Origin: an uncultured bacterium | GTDB taxonomy: Bacteria; Patescibacteriota; Minisyncoccia; Phycocordibacterales; UBA11359 | Length of the DNA stretch: 47,926 bases | Reading direction: 5' to 3' | NCBI GenBank assembly: GCA_903831815.1 | Contig: CAIKZC010000003.1 | Span: forward strand, 1 to 47,926 | Shown: positions 15,872 through 24,776 of the stretch, piece after piece | How positions within the stretch are numbered: the first letter of the stretch is position 1 | Layout of the letters: each line of letters starts with the position of its first letter | Notes under the pieces: generated by a model | What the model was told of the DNA's origin: nothing | Seen by the model: only the letters and a program-made list of their open reading frames with translations | Databases searched by the model: none | Program-made: the position numbers and the translations under genes

Positions 15872-18592
15872 TTATATTTTCTTACCGACCCAGCCGATAA
15901 ACAGATCGTCAGCCTTGTTTTTATTGTAAGACAAATTTTCGAAGATAGACACCGTCAGGTTTTTATCGGTCATCTTATTTGTCAATTCTTGGGCATCAAA
16001 CCAGGTTTCCCATTCAGATAGCGCCATACTTCCAAGTTTATTGATGTTTTTGTCTATGATCACCAATGTTCCGCCTTTTTTGGTGACTCGAGCCATTTCT
16101 CTGATCGCACCTTCAATATTTACGGCATGTTCCAATGCTTCAATGCAGTAACTCAGATCGAACGTGCTATCAGGATACGGAATACTCAATAATGAACCTT
16201 GCTTAGTTACGATCTTTGGTTCCACTGATTTAAGAATTTCGTCCGAAATATCTACGCCGAAAGGTTTGATCTCGGGATTCCTTTCCAATAATTTTGAAAT
16301 AAATCTGCCTTTGCCGCAGCCAATATCAATAACGGTTTTATAGTTGTTTTTTCTTAAGACATTTTCTATGAGGCTATATCGGCCGTCATTCTCGTCAACA
16401 TAAGAAGGAAAGATTTGCGCCGTCATGTTGAATTCGCAACGAATTTTCCAATACAATGCGTCCAAGAAATATTTTACGGCCCAACTGATTTCTTGATTCT
16501 GAAAATAATTCGCTTTCCAACCATAACTTCCAAACCATCCGCCGGATCTATTTTGAAGTTTCAGCGCGTACGAAAAAGCTTTGTTTCCTTTTTCTAATTC
16601 ATTCAATTTATACCAACAGATCGCATATTGAAACAGTCCTGTCGAACAAACGAATTTTGCGTCTTGATATGCCGGCACTGAACCGTTTCTGTTTTGGTAA
16701 GCGGAAAGATTTATCATGGCTTGCTCAGCGCGTTTCGTTTCACCAAGATCGATCAGTGCTTCGATTATATAAGCATGGAAATGCGAGAGGGTATTAAAAT
16801 CCGTCAAATCATTTTTTTTCAAATAAAAGTTTAACGCTTTGTTCACACATTCGTTGTATTTGGGAATATTCCATTTTTTTCCGGCTGTCCTTATGGGCAG
16901 AAGGGCATATAAATGAATAGCTTCAGGAACACGCTTGTCATTGGGCAAGCTCCACACCGAGTAATCGGGCGTTGAAATACTGCCGTCACTTCGCTGTTGG
17001 GTTAGGATCCAATCGCAACCTTTTAAAATGTTCTGTTTATATTCGGGTCGTATATCCACAAGAGATAGCAGGCCTTTTAATATCTGTCCCGTATCAAAAG
17101 TGTAAGCTATTTTGCATTGAGGAGCGTTCCATGAACCGTCGGGATTTTGAATGGAAACTAAATAATCGGCAAATTGAATTGCTCGATCTTTTTCGCCCCA
17201 GGATAATAGCGTTGGGATGATATAACCGGTCACTTCCGGATAACTATCTTTATGTAGATTGCTCAACTGGATCCCTTTTTGATCGATCGAATTATTTTTT
17301 ATCCACATCAAAGCGGCATTAAAGCTGTTCAATATAGTATTTTTGCGATTTCTGGGAAAAATTGACCTTATTATTTCCACAATTTTGTGATAAAGACGGA
17401 ATGGGTGAGTCAGGGCAAACAGGAGCTTTTTGGCGAACACCCTTAATTTTCTGTAGATCCTTTTTAATCTGTTCAAGCCTGATCTTTTTTTGACCTCGAA
17501 TTTTATTTTTCTGTAGATCGCTCGATAAGGGTGATTTTTTTCCTCTGCGATAATTTGCAAGATCGCCAAAGCCGTTCGATAACTTGATGAACCGTCACGA
17601 TATGAGACGTGATGGTTTACCCAATTTATCCGTTCAGCATCAAGAATATCTTTTTTAATTATATTCTGGATCTCCTTTGGTATTTCTTGAGGATGAGATA
17701 TTAGCGGGATCGATTTAGGCAGATCCGAAGAGTAAATCCATTCGGCAAATTCTTTTTCATCCTGCACCAAACCAATGGTCCTTTTGCCCGCGATTAAGGA
17801 TTCGGTCATGGCACTACTGCGCGTATCGGCCAAGATCACATCCGCGACAGCCAACCATTTTGGCAGATCGAACGGATCAGTTGCGATCAAGACTCCGGAA
17901 TTTTTTAATGCTTGCATTCGTTCTGGCTCGAATCGAACCGTGCAATGGTGGGGTTTTACGACGACCTGGTACTCGGATTGCAGTTTAGAAATAGTTTCAA
18001 AGAATTTTTCGAAGGTGGAATTATGTGCCCATGTTGGAAGATACAAAATCAGAGGCTTGTTATTATCAAGTTTCCAACTTTTTCTGATCTCGACGTTTTT
18101 AAGTTTTCCGGAAAACAGATCGTCGTATCGCGGATAGCCGATGATGGGAAGTTGATCGACTTTTTTCCATTCAGAAATTAGTTTTTGATAGTATGGACCA
18201 TGCACAAGGATAGCATCGAATGGTCTGGCGGCTTTTTCACTTGTGCCCCAAGCGGTCGGAAAGACACTCGGTCCATACATCAATCGAATATGAGGTTGCT
18301 TATATGGTTCCACAACCTCGCCGTTTTGAGTAGTGATACCTATGGCCGAAAAGTCGGCTTTTGTTATGAGGGGAATATTCCTTTCCTTGATATATTTGAC
18401 AGCCCGATCAAAATCAAACCATTTTTTGTCTCTAAGATGGCTTTTCTCGTTAGGCACGACGACTATTCGCGCGTCAACTTCCATTTGTCGCAAAGATCGC
18501 CAGATCGGTTCGTAGTTAGCGATTTCAAATGCGTCAATGACATGAAATTCAATTTTAAGATCTTTTTTTAGATTCTTTTTATGTTTGGACAT
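15872..18592 (-). CDS. Three-domain fusion: TagF/TagB-like CDP-alditol phosphotransferase + alpha/alpha-toroid (prenyltransferase/terpene-cyclase-like repeat) domain + class I SAM methyltransferase
   Basis: N-terminus (~aa 1-340): ILYLPTWAH...VVVKPHH...VILADTRSSAMTE (Glyphos_transf-like). Middle (~aa 430-720): repeated QNPDGSW / QRSDGS / QNRNGS / QNRSGGW motifs. C-terminus (~aa 730-906): VIDIGCGKGRF...FDLSYCIEALEH...GGTLVIIDKN. Confidence 0.8.
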   Translation of the reverse strand: MSKHKKNLKKDLKIEFHVIDAFEIANYEPIWRSLRQMEVDARIVVVPNEKSHLRDKKWFDFDRAVKYIKERNIPLITKADFSAIGITTQNGEVVEPYKQPHIRLMYGPSVFPTAWGTSEKAARPFDAILVHGPYYQKLISEWKKVDQLPIIGYPRYDDLFSGKLKNVEIRKSWKLDNNKPLILYLPTWAHNSTFEKFFETISKLQSEYQVVVKPHHCTVRFEPERMQALKNSGVLIATDPFDLPKWLAVADVILADTRSSAMTESLIAGKRTIGLVQDEKEFAEWIYSSDLPKSIPLISHPQEIPKEIQNIIKKDILDAERINWVNHHVSYRDGSSSYRTALAILQIIAEEKNHPYRAIYRKIKFEVKKRSGLNRLKRIYRKLRVFAKKLLFALTHPFRLYHKIVEIIRSIFPRNRKNTILNSFNAALMWIKNNSIDQKGIQLSNLHKDSYPEVTGYIIPTLLSWGEKDRAIQFADYLVSIQNPDGSWNAPQCKIAYTFDTGQILKGLLSLVDIRPEYKQNILKGCDWILTQQRSDGSISTPDYSVWSLPNDKRVPEAIHLYALLPIRTAGKKWNIPKYNECVNKALNFYLKKNDLTDFNTLSHFHAYIIEALIDLGETKRAEQAMINLSAYQNRNGSVPAYQDAKFVCSTGLFQYAICWYKLNELEKGNKAFSYALKLQNRSGGWFGSYGWKANYFQNQEISWAVKYFLDALYWKIRCEFNMTAQIFPSYVDENDGRYSLIENVLRKNNYKTVIDIGCGKGRFISKLLERNPEIKPFGVDISDEILKSVEPKIVTKQGSLLSIPYPDSTFDLSYCIEALEHAVNIEGAIREMARVTKKGGTLVIIDKNINKLGSMALSEWETWFDAQELTNKMTDKNLTVSIFENLSYNKNKADDLFIGWVGKKI

Positions 18593-18611
18593 TGCGGGAA
18601 TATTACTCTCT

Positions 18612-19991
18612 CTATTTTCTAACCGCTATCACTTGCCCAGTAATATCTGAAAGAGAAACTTTAAGGGTCTCCATCGCCACTTTTTGAGGTTCAAGCAAGG
18701 ACTCTTTCGGTTCATTGCCGAAATTGTTTCTGCGCATCGGCGTATCCGTTCTGGAAGGGCACATAGCGTTGATTCTTATTTCCTTTTCGATCAATTCCTC
18801 GGCCATAGCCTGGACAAAATTGACGATAGCCGCCTTTGTTGCGGAATAGATAGAATAATTCGCTCTGCCTCTGGTATATGAACTGGAAGTAAATAATATG
18901 ATACTTCCGCCTTTTTTCATGTTATTGATAGCCGATTTAACGATGTTGGTTTGAGCTGAAAAATTGACGTCAACTTGTTTTAATATTGTTTCCAAAGAGG
19001 TTTTTTCCAAACGTTCCATATTTAAAATTCCGGCCGTAGAAATGATGATGTCTATTTTCCCGTGTTTTTTGGCATGTTCATTTATAAGGTTGTCGACTTT
19101 TTCGAAATCACAAACGTCAAAATCATTGCTTAAAGAGTAGCCTGAGACATTTGCCGAATGTTTTTTACAGAGATCGAAGATCTCTTTACCGATCCCGCTA
19201 CTGTGACCAAAGATCAAAACATTTTTCTTGACCATCATTTTACTTAAGTTTACCGGTTTTAGGTCTTGGATCTGTCTGATCTGAAATATTTTATCGGCGA
19301 TATCGATATCGATAGGGTGTGTTATTTTGATATTTTCTTCGTCGCCTTGAACGACAAAAATTTCTCCCAGTTTATATTTCATGATCAATCCGCAATCATC
19401 GGTCACAGCTTGAAATTTCTCGTTGGTTGCAATTTCGTGGGCTTTCATGATCGTCTTAAATTGAAAACCTTGAGGAGTCTGACCACGATATATCACGGAT
19501 CTTTTTGGAATACCGGCAATTACGCTTTTTTCGTTGGTTTCAATCAAAGTGTCGACGGCAGGTATAGCCACATCCACTGATACGAATTTATCAAGTTTTT
19601 TGAGGACTTCCGAAATGATCCCGGGAGCTATAAAAGGTCTAACTGCGTCATGAATCAAGACTTTGTTGGTATTTTTTTGATCGCAATTTGCAAGACCAAT
19701 TTTTGAAGACTCCTGTCTTGTCGTGCCACCTTCAAGAATTTTGGTGATTTTTTTAAGTTGTGCCTTTTTGATCCATTGTTCGCATTCTTGAAGAATGCCT
19801 TTACTGGTCACGAGTATGACCTCGTCGATCTCGGCATGATTTTCGAAGACTTCCAAGGTATGTAAAAAAACCGGCTTGCCTGCAATACTAATCATTTGCT
19901 TTGGAATTTCACTAGTTCGAAATCTGGTTCCTCCACCGGCAGCGAGGATAATGGCGACATTTTTTTTGGTTTTTTTCGTGTTCGTGCTCAT
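18612..19991 (-). CDS. Bifunctional nucleotidyltransferase (IspD/TarI-like) + short-chain dehydrogenase; CDP-ribitol synthase-like (Bcs1/TarIJ-type)
   Basis: N-terminus VAIILAAGGGTRF...PKQ (cytidylyltransferase). C-terminus IFGHSSGIGKEI, STAGI and YSATKAA (SDR TGxxxGxG and YxxxK motifs). Confidence 0.75.
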   Translation of the reverse strand: MSTNTKKTKKNVAIILAAGGGTRFRTSEIPKQMISIAGKPVFLHTLEVFENHAEIDEVILVTSKGILQECEQWIKKAQLKKITKILEGGTTRQESSKIGLANCDQKNTNKVLIHDAVRPFIAPGIISEVLKKLDKFVSVDVAIPAVDTLIETNEKSVIAGIPKRSVIYRGQTPQGFQFKTIMKAHEIATNEKFQAVTDDCGLIMKYKLGEIFVVQGDEENIKITHPIDIDIADKIFQIRQIQDLKPVNLSKMMVKKNVLIFGHSSGIGKEIFDLCKKHSANVSGYSLSNDFDVCDFEKVDNLINEHAKKHGKIDIIISTAGILNMERLEKTSLETILKQVDVNFSAQTNIVKSAINNMKKGGSIILFTSSSYTRGRANYSIYSATKAAIVNFVQAMAEELIEKEIRINAMCPSRTDTPMRRNNFGNEPKESLLEPQKVAMETLKVSLSDITGQVIAVRK

Positions 19992-19995
19992 GTTT

Positions 19996-21270
19996 TTATT
20001 TCAAATGTTCCGATTGCCAATTATGATCTACTAATATCGCTCCGCTCCAGCTCGGATCAGGCAATTTGCCGCTACCGAAAAAATCACCGTTCTCCACTTC
20101 GATATCGACTTTGCCTGGAAGATAAAAAAGAGTTTGGTTTTCAGAAGTGGCTTTTAACGTGAGATGGTATTGACCGGGCATAAGCGGAACTTTAGGGATC
20201 TGACAAGTAATGTACGTTTGTGGGGGAGTCAGCGTGAGGGTATCGTTTTTTAACGGAGAATACATGACGCATATGCGCTTGTCATCTTGAATCGAATTTA
20301 TGCCGATCGTGACAGCGATGCTATCTCTTTTTTGATTTGTTTTGATTAGCATTCTTAAGGAACCGGAATGTCCTGATTGTAGCGCGGAAACAATCTTGCC
20401 TTCGTGGTTGAGGATCTCCAATTGCGACAACGTAATATCCAAATTTTTATCCTGATAAATATCCTGATCGTGCGACAAGCCTTTGTTGCTGGTGTGATAT
20501 TCGGAAATTATCTCTTCGGTCGGTCCGATCTTTTTGATCTTTCCTTCGTGAATTAAGATCGTTTTTGGACAAAGTTTTTTGACCGCGTCCATGTTGTGGC
20601 TCACGAACAGGATCGTGCGACCTTCTTTTTTGGTGATGTCATCCATTTTGCCAAGGCATTTTTTCTGGAATTCGGCGTCGCCGACGGCCAAAACCTCGTC
20701 GATGATCAAAATATCCGGATCCATATGCGCCGCGACCGAGAAGGCGAGTCGGACATACATGCCGCTTGAGTAATGTTTTACAGGCGTATCCAAAAATTTT
20801 TCTATTCCGGCAAAAGAAACGATCTCATCGAATTTGCTCACTATCTCTTTCTTGGTCATGCCTAGGATCGCGCCATTCAGAAAAATGTTTTCGCGGCCTG
20901 AGAGCTCTGGATGAAAACCGGTACCGACTTCAAGCAAACTTCCAACTCGTCCGTTTATTTTTATTTCTCCCTCGGTCGGAGGAGTGATTTGCGATAATAT
21001 CTTGAGAAGAGTTGATTTACCTGCCCCATTGCGGCCGATGATCCCGACGACTTCACCTTTTTTTACCTCAAAATTTATATCTCGTAAGGCCCAAAATTCC
21101 TCTTTTTTGGCAATGCCGGTAGCTTCTTTGGTCTTTTGTTTAAGGAATTGAAATGGATTTTTTATTATGTTGGCCAAAACGTCGCGCAGGGCGATGTAGC
21201 CTCCTCTTTGATGAGTGATGTTATATTTTTTGCTGATATTTTTTACTGAAATTACGATCTCGTTTTGCAT
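19996..21270 (-). CDS. Polysaccharide/teichoic-acid ABC exporter ATP-binding protein (TagH/Wzt-like) with ~170-aa C-terminal extension
   Basis: Walker A GRNGAGKST, signature YSSGM, Walker B ILIIDEVLAVGD. A beta-rich extra domain follows the ABC core (aa ~255-424). Confidence 0.88.
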   Translation of the reverse strand: MQNEIVISVKNISKKYNITHQRGGYIALRDVLANIIKNPFQFLKQKTKEATGIAKKEEFWALRDINFEVKKGEVVGIIGRNGAGKSTLLKILSQITPPTEGEIKINGRVGSLLEVGTGFHPELSGRENIFLNGAILGMTKKEIVSKFDEIVSFAGIEKFLDTPVKHYSSGMYVRLAFSVAAHMDPDILIIDEVLAVGDAEFQKKCLGKMDDITKKEGRTILFVSHNMDAVKKLCPKTILIHEGKIKKIGPTEEIISEYHTSNKGLSHDQDIYQDKNLDITLSQLEILNHEGKIVSALQSGHSGSLRMLIKTNQKRDSIAVTIGINSIQDDKRICVMYSPLKNDTLTLTPPQTYITCQIPKVPLMPGQYHLTLKATSENQTLFYLPGKVDIEVENGDFFGSGKLPDPSWSGAILVDHNWQSEHLK

Positions 21271-21275
21271 AAAGT

Positions 21276-22142
21276 TTAAATGATATCGGCAAAATAACGC
21301 TCGGTTTTTTTAAAGACTATTGTTCCGATGATCAAAATTATGATGGATGCGATAAATGAGATTAGAATAAGCAACCAATTAATCGGCGCAGTGTGTAGAA
21401 AAGCGGCGCGTGCCGTTTGAATGACTCCGGACATCGGATTAAAGGCTAAGACCCAAGAATATTTTCCGGCGATACTGGAGGAATATATAACCGGTGTGAT
21501 GAACATGAAAAGTTGTATGAAGTAGGGAAGGATATATCGCACGTCTCGGTATTTTACGTTGATCGAGGCTAGAAAAAGTCCGCCACCGAGCGCCGCGATA
21601 AAAGTCATAAAAAGCAAAAGCGGTAAAAGCAAAAGTCCGATCATGTTCGGAACAAAATGGTAATAAAACATGAGGCCGATCAAAATTATTGTGGCGATTC
21701 CAAAGTCTACCAATTTTGTGGCGACGGTAGAAATAGGAAGTATAAGTCGAGGAAAATAAACTTTTGTAACGATCGATTGGTTGGTGATAAGCGAATTGCT
21801 GGTGTCAGAAAGTGCGTCTGAAAAAAATTGCCAAAATAAAAGTCCGACATAGACGAAAATAGGGTAAGGAACACCGTCTGATGGAACTCCGGCCAGCTTA
21901 CCGAAAAACAAACTAAAAACGATCATACTCATGATGGGTTGAAATAATGCCCAAGCAACACCAATGAAGGTTTGCTTATATCGGACCTTAAAATCACGCC
22001 AGGTGAAAAAATATAGGAGTTCTCTATGGTTCCAAATTTCCTGAAAATCACGTAAACTCAGGGTTTTTTTGGGTTTTATGACCATAGTTTGTGCTGTGGA
22101 TGCCATGAAGTGTATCTTATCTTTAATTTGCTCTTTACTCAA
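21276..22142 (-). CDS. ABC-2 type polysaccharide/teichoic-acid exporter permease (TagG/Wzm-like)
   Basis: ELLYFFTWRDFKVRYKQT, typical of ABC-2 permeases, plus about six hydrophobic segments. Lies immediately upstream of the ATPase gene. Confidence 0.85.
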   Translation of the reverse strand: MSKEQIKDKIHFMASTAQTMVIKPKKTLSLRDFQEIWNHRELLYFFTWRDFKVRYKQTFIGVAWALFQPIMSMIVFSLFFGKLAGVPSDGVPYPIFVYVGLLFWQFFSDALSDTSNSLITNQSIVTKVYFPRLILPISTVATKLVDFGIATIILIGLMFYYHFVPNMIGLLLLPLLLFMTFIAALGGGLFLASINVKYRDVRYILPYFIQLFMFITPVIYSSSIAGKYSWVLAFNPMSGVIQTARAAFLHTAPINWLLILISFIASIIILIIGTIVFKKTERYFADII

Positions 22143-22199
22143 GCGTGGCGAAATTGGTTGTGCCGTGATATAGTCTTCTCATTAATCTAATATCATTAT

Positions 22200-24485
22200 A
22201 TGACATTCAATAGATCACTATTTTTTACAGTCGTCGGTTTGTTATTTGCGGTATTATTCATCCCTCTTTTTGTCACTAATAGTTTATTTTTCCCGTATAT
22301 TACGGGTAAAAACTTCGCGTTTAGGATCATTGTTGAGCTTGCCTCGTTGGCTTGGATAATGCTCATTCTGCGAGACAAAAGCTATCGTCCGAAACTGAAC
22401 GGACTTTCGATCGCAGTTTTGATTTTTGCGATCATAGTTGGTGTTGCCGATATTTTTAGCAGTAATCCGCTAAAAAGTTTTATCAGCAACTTTGAACGAA
22501 TGGAAGGCTGGATTACCATTGCCCATCTTGCGTTATATTTTTTCCTTTTGACAGCTGTTTTGCGATCTTGGGATTTTTGGAAAAGACTATTTCAAACATC
22601 AGTCGCTGTTAGCGCAATAGTTTGCATTCAGGGTTTTATGCAATTTGCCGATCCGACAGCTCAAAGCGGTCCTCGCATCTATGCAAGTTTTGGTAATGCG
22701 ACCTACTTGGCAGTCTATATGTTGTTTCATATATTTATCACGCTTATCCTTTTGGCTCGCCATTTAAAAAATCGTAAAGAGAACACAAAAAGTCTTTGGT
22801 CTTCAAAATATTGGTATACCGATTTCGCCGTTTATATATATCTCATCCTTATGGTCTTGCAGACTATCATTCTTTTTCTAACCGCCACCCGAGGTTCCAT
22901 TTTGGGTCTCATTGGAGGTTTATTCCTTACCGGTATCGTTGTTGCAATTACCGAAAAAGAGCATAAGATTTTACGAAAAATTTCCATCGGCATCATAATA
23001 GTTATTTTTGCGATCGTCGGGACATTCTTTTTGGTCAAAAACACTTCATTTGTAAAAAATAACGTAACTCTTGGACGATTGGCTTCTATTTCTGCGACGG
23101 ATAACACAACAAAAGCTCGTTTCATGATCTGGAATATGGCATGGGATGGAGTGATTTCGAGCCCAAAACATTTCGTGATTGGTTGGGGACAGGAGAGTTT
23201 CAATTATCTTTTTGCCGCATATTACAATCCGGGAATGTACGGTCAGGAGCAATGGTTTGATCGCGCGCATGATATTGTTTTTGATTGGTTGACCGCCGCA
23301 GGTGTACTTGGTTTATTGTCATATCTTTCTATCTTTGTCATGACGCTATACGGTATTTGGCGAAAGTCCAATTTCTCCAGTTTGGAAAAAGGTTTGCTAA
23401 CCGGATTGCTGGCTGGTTATTTCTTTCACAATTTATTCGTGTTCGACAATATCACGAGTTACATTTTGTTCTTTATGATCTTGGCGTATGTTAATTCGTT
23501 CAATAAAAAAATTGATGAACCGATTCACAACGCGCAGAAAAAAGAAGGAAAAGAAATTAATCTTTCATTCCAATATGCGGGAATGATCTTGGCTGGCATA
23601 GCTTTTGTTGTTGTGTTCTATCAATATGATTATAAACCGATAACAGCCAATCTCGATCTCATAAAATCTTTGACTCAAACTCAGATCGTATCCGCCAATT
23701 CTTCATCAAATAATGTTTATACCGAAGAAAATGTGAATGATTTCAAAGAAGCTCTCTCTTTAAACACTATCGGCTTGTATGAAACTCGCGAACAATTGTT
23801 GGATGTTGCAGTAAAATCGGTGGGTTCAAATTCTGATAATGCGGTCAAAAAGGATCTAGTGACTTTGGCGGAGTCGGAATTATCAAAACAGCTGAAAGAA
23901 ACGCCGAATGACGTTCGGTATTATGTGCTAGGCGGTAATTTCTTACAAAATCTTGGAGATTATAAAAATGCCGGAATGCTTTTGACTAAAGCAAAACAAC
24001 TTTCTCCGAATAAACAAAGTCTTTTATTCGCCTATGGTTCGAATCAGTTTGCTCTGAAACAATATACCGATGCTTTGGCGACCTTTAAAAAGGCATATGA
24101 GTTGGATAAAAGTTTTACGGAAGCCAAAAATCTCTACGCTCTGGTCGCGCTTTATGTCGGTCAAGAAGATATAACGAACAGTCTCCTTGGTCCAGGTCCG
24201 ATCATGGATCCGAGATTTTTGGCGGCCTACAAAGAGACAAAACATTATGATCTTATGATGGCATATTTGGAAAAAACTGTGGCTTCAAATCCACGTGATA
24301 TTCAAGGGCAAGTTTCTCTTGCTGCGGGCTATGTGGCGATTGGAAATCGCACGAAAGCGGTGGCGACGTTGCAATTCTCAAAAACATTAACGGTCGATAA
24401 AGGAATTCAATCTCAAATCGACAGTTTTATCAAAGATATTCAGGCGGGTAAAAATCCTTTTGAATCGACTACTACCGCGCAATAG
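22200..24485 (+). CDS. O-antigen ligase/polymerase-like (Wzy_C) polytopic membrane protein with C-terminal TPR domain
   Basis: Many TM helices. LTATRGSILGL and RAHDIVFDWLTAAGVLG resemble the Wzy_C/O-antigen-ligase signature. The last ~250 aa contain TPR-like repeats (YKNAGMLLTKAKQLSPN, YTDALATFKKAYELD). Confidence 0.8.
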   Translation: MTFNRSLFFTVVGLLFAVLFIPLFVTNSLFFPYITGKNFAFRIIVELASLAWIMLILRDKSYRPKLNGLSIAVLIFAIIVGVADIFSSNPLKSFISNFERMEGWITIAHLALYFFLLTAVLRSWDFWKRLFQTSVAVSAIVCIQGFMQFADPTAQSGPRIYASFGNATYLAVYMLFHIFITLILLARHLKNRKENTKSLWSSKYWYTDFAVYIYLILMVLQTIILFLTATRGSILGLIGGLFLTGIVVAITEKEHKILRKISIGIIIVIFAIVGTFFLVKNTSFVKNNVTLGRLASISATDNTTKARFMIWNMAWDGVISSPKHFVIGWGQESFNYLFAAYYNPGMYGQEQWFDRAHDIVFDWLTAAGVLGLLSYLSIFVMTLYGIWRKSNFSSLEKGLLTGLLAGYFFHNLFVFDNITSYILFFMILAYVNSFNKKIDEPIHNAQKKEGKEINLSFQYAGMILAGIAFVVVFYQYDYKPITANLDLIKSLTQTQIVSANSSSNNVYTEENVNDFKEALSLNTIGLYETREQLLDVAVKSVGSNSDNAVKKDLVTLAESELSKQLKETPNDVRYYVLGGNFLQNLGDYKNAGMLLTKAKQLSPNKQSLLFAYGSNQFALKQYTDALATFKKAYELDKSFTEAKNLYALVALYVGQEDITNSLLGPGPIMDPRFLAAYKETKHYDLMMAYLEKTVASNPRDIQGQVSLAAGYVAIGNRTKAVATLQFSKTLTVDKGIQSQIDSFIKDIQAGKNPFESTTTAQ

Positions 24486-24504
24486 AAAAAACTTCGATTT
24501 TTTG

Positions 24505-24532
24505 TTGACATAACGATTCTTGGTGGTATATT
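24505..24532 (+). promoter_or_regulatory. Near-consensus sigma70 promoter (P1) in the wzy-like/murB intergenic region
   Basis: TTGACA (24505-24510), a 16-nt spacer, then TG-extended TATATT (24527-24532). Confidence 0.5.
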
Positions 24533-24539
24533 TGTATTT

Positions 24540-24607
24540 GTGAGTGCTTACAAGTTGTAAGCTTTATAACAAATGTAAACGCAATAGTCTGCCCCGGCAG
24601 ACTTTTT
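24540..24607 (+). ncRNA. Candidate ~65-nt small RNA (promoter to terminator unit)
   Basis: Bounded by P1 and an intrinsic terminator. Internal hairpin GCTTACA-AGT-TGTAAGC (24546-24562). Contains 8-nt and 12-nt segments exactly complementary to the murB leader. Confidence 0.4.
24586..24607 (+). terminator. Rho-independent terminator
   Basis: AGTCTGC-CCCG-GCAGACT followed by TTTTT. Confidence 0.6.
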
Positions 24608-24655
24608 GCGTATTTGGGAAAGATGTGGATAAAGTGGAAATTAAAAAAGGTCTTG

Positions 24656-24664
24656 TGGTATACT
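24656..24664 (+). promoter_or_regulatory. Candidate extended -10 promoter (P2) for murB
   Basis: TGGTATACT, with a weak -35-like TGGAAA 18 nt upstream. Confidence 0.35.
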
Positions 24665-24677
24665 CAGAATGTTGTTT

Positions 24678-24746
24678 CCAGTGTTGGTCGTCGGTTGCAC
24701 TCACTTATTTACATTTGTTGGAGCTTGCCCCGCCGACCAACTCTGG
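24678..24746 (+). promoter_or_regulatory. Long hairpin in the murB 5' leader
   Basis: CCAGTGTTGGTCGTCGG (24678-24694) pairs with CCGCCGACCAACTCTGG (24730-24746): 15 of 17 positions, enclosing a 35-nt loop. The murB ATG is at 24777. Confidence 0.5.
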
Positions 24747-24776
24747 AAGTAAATTTATTACCTAATTCCACCTATC

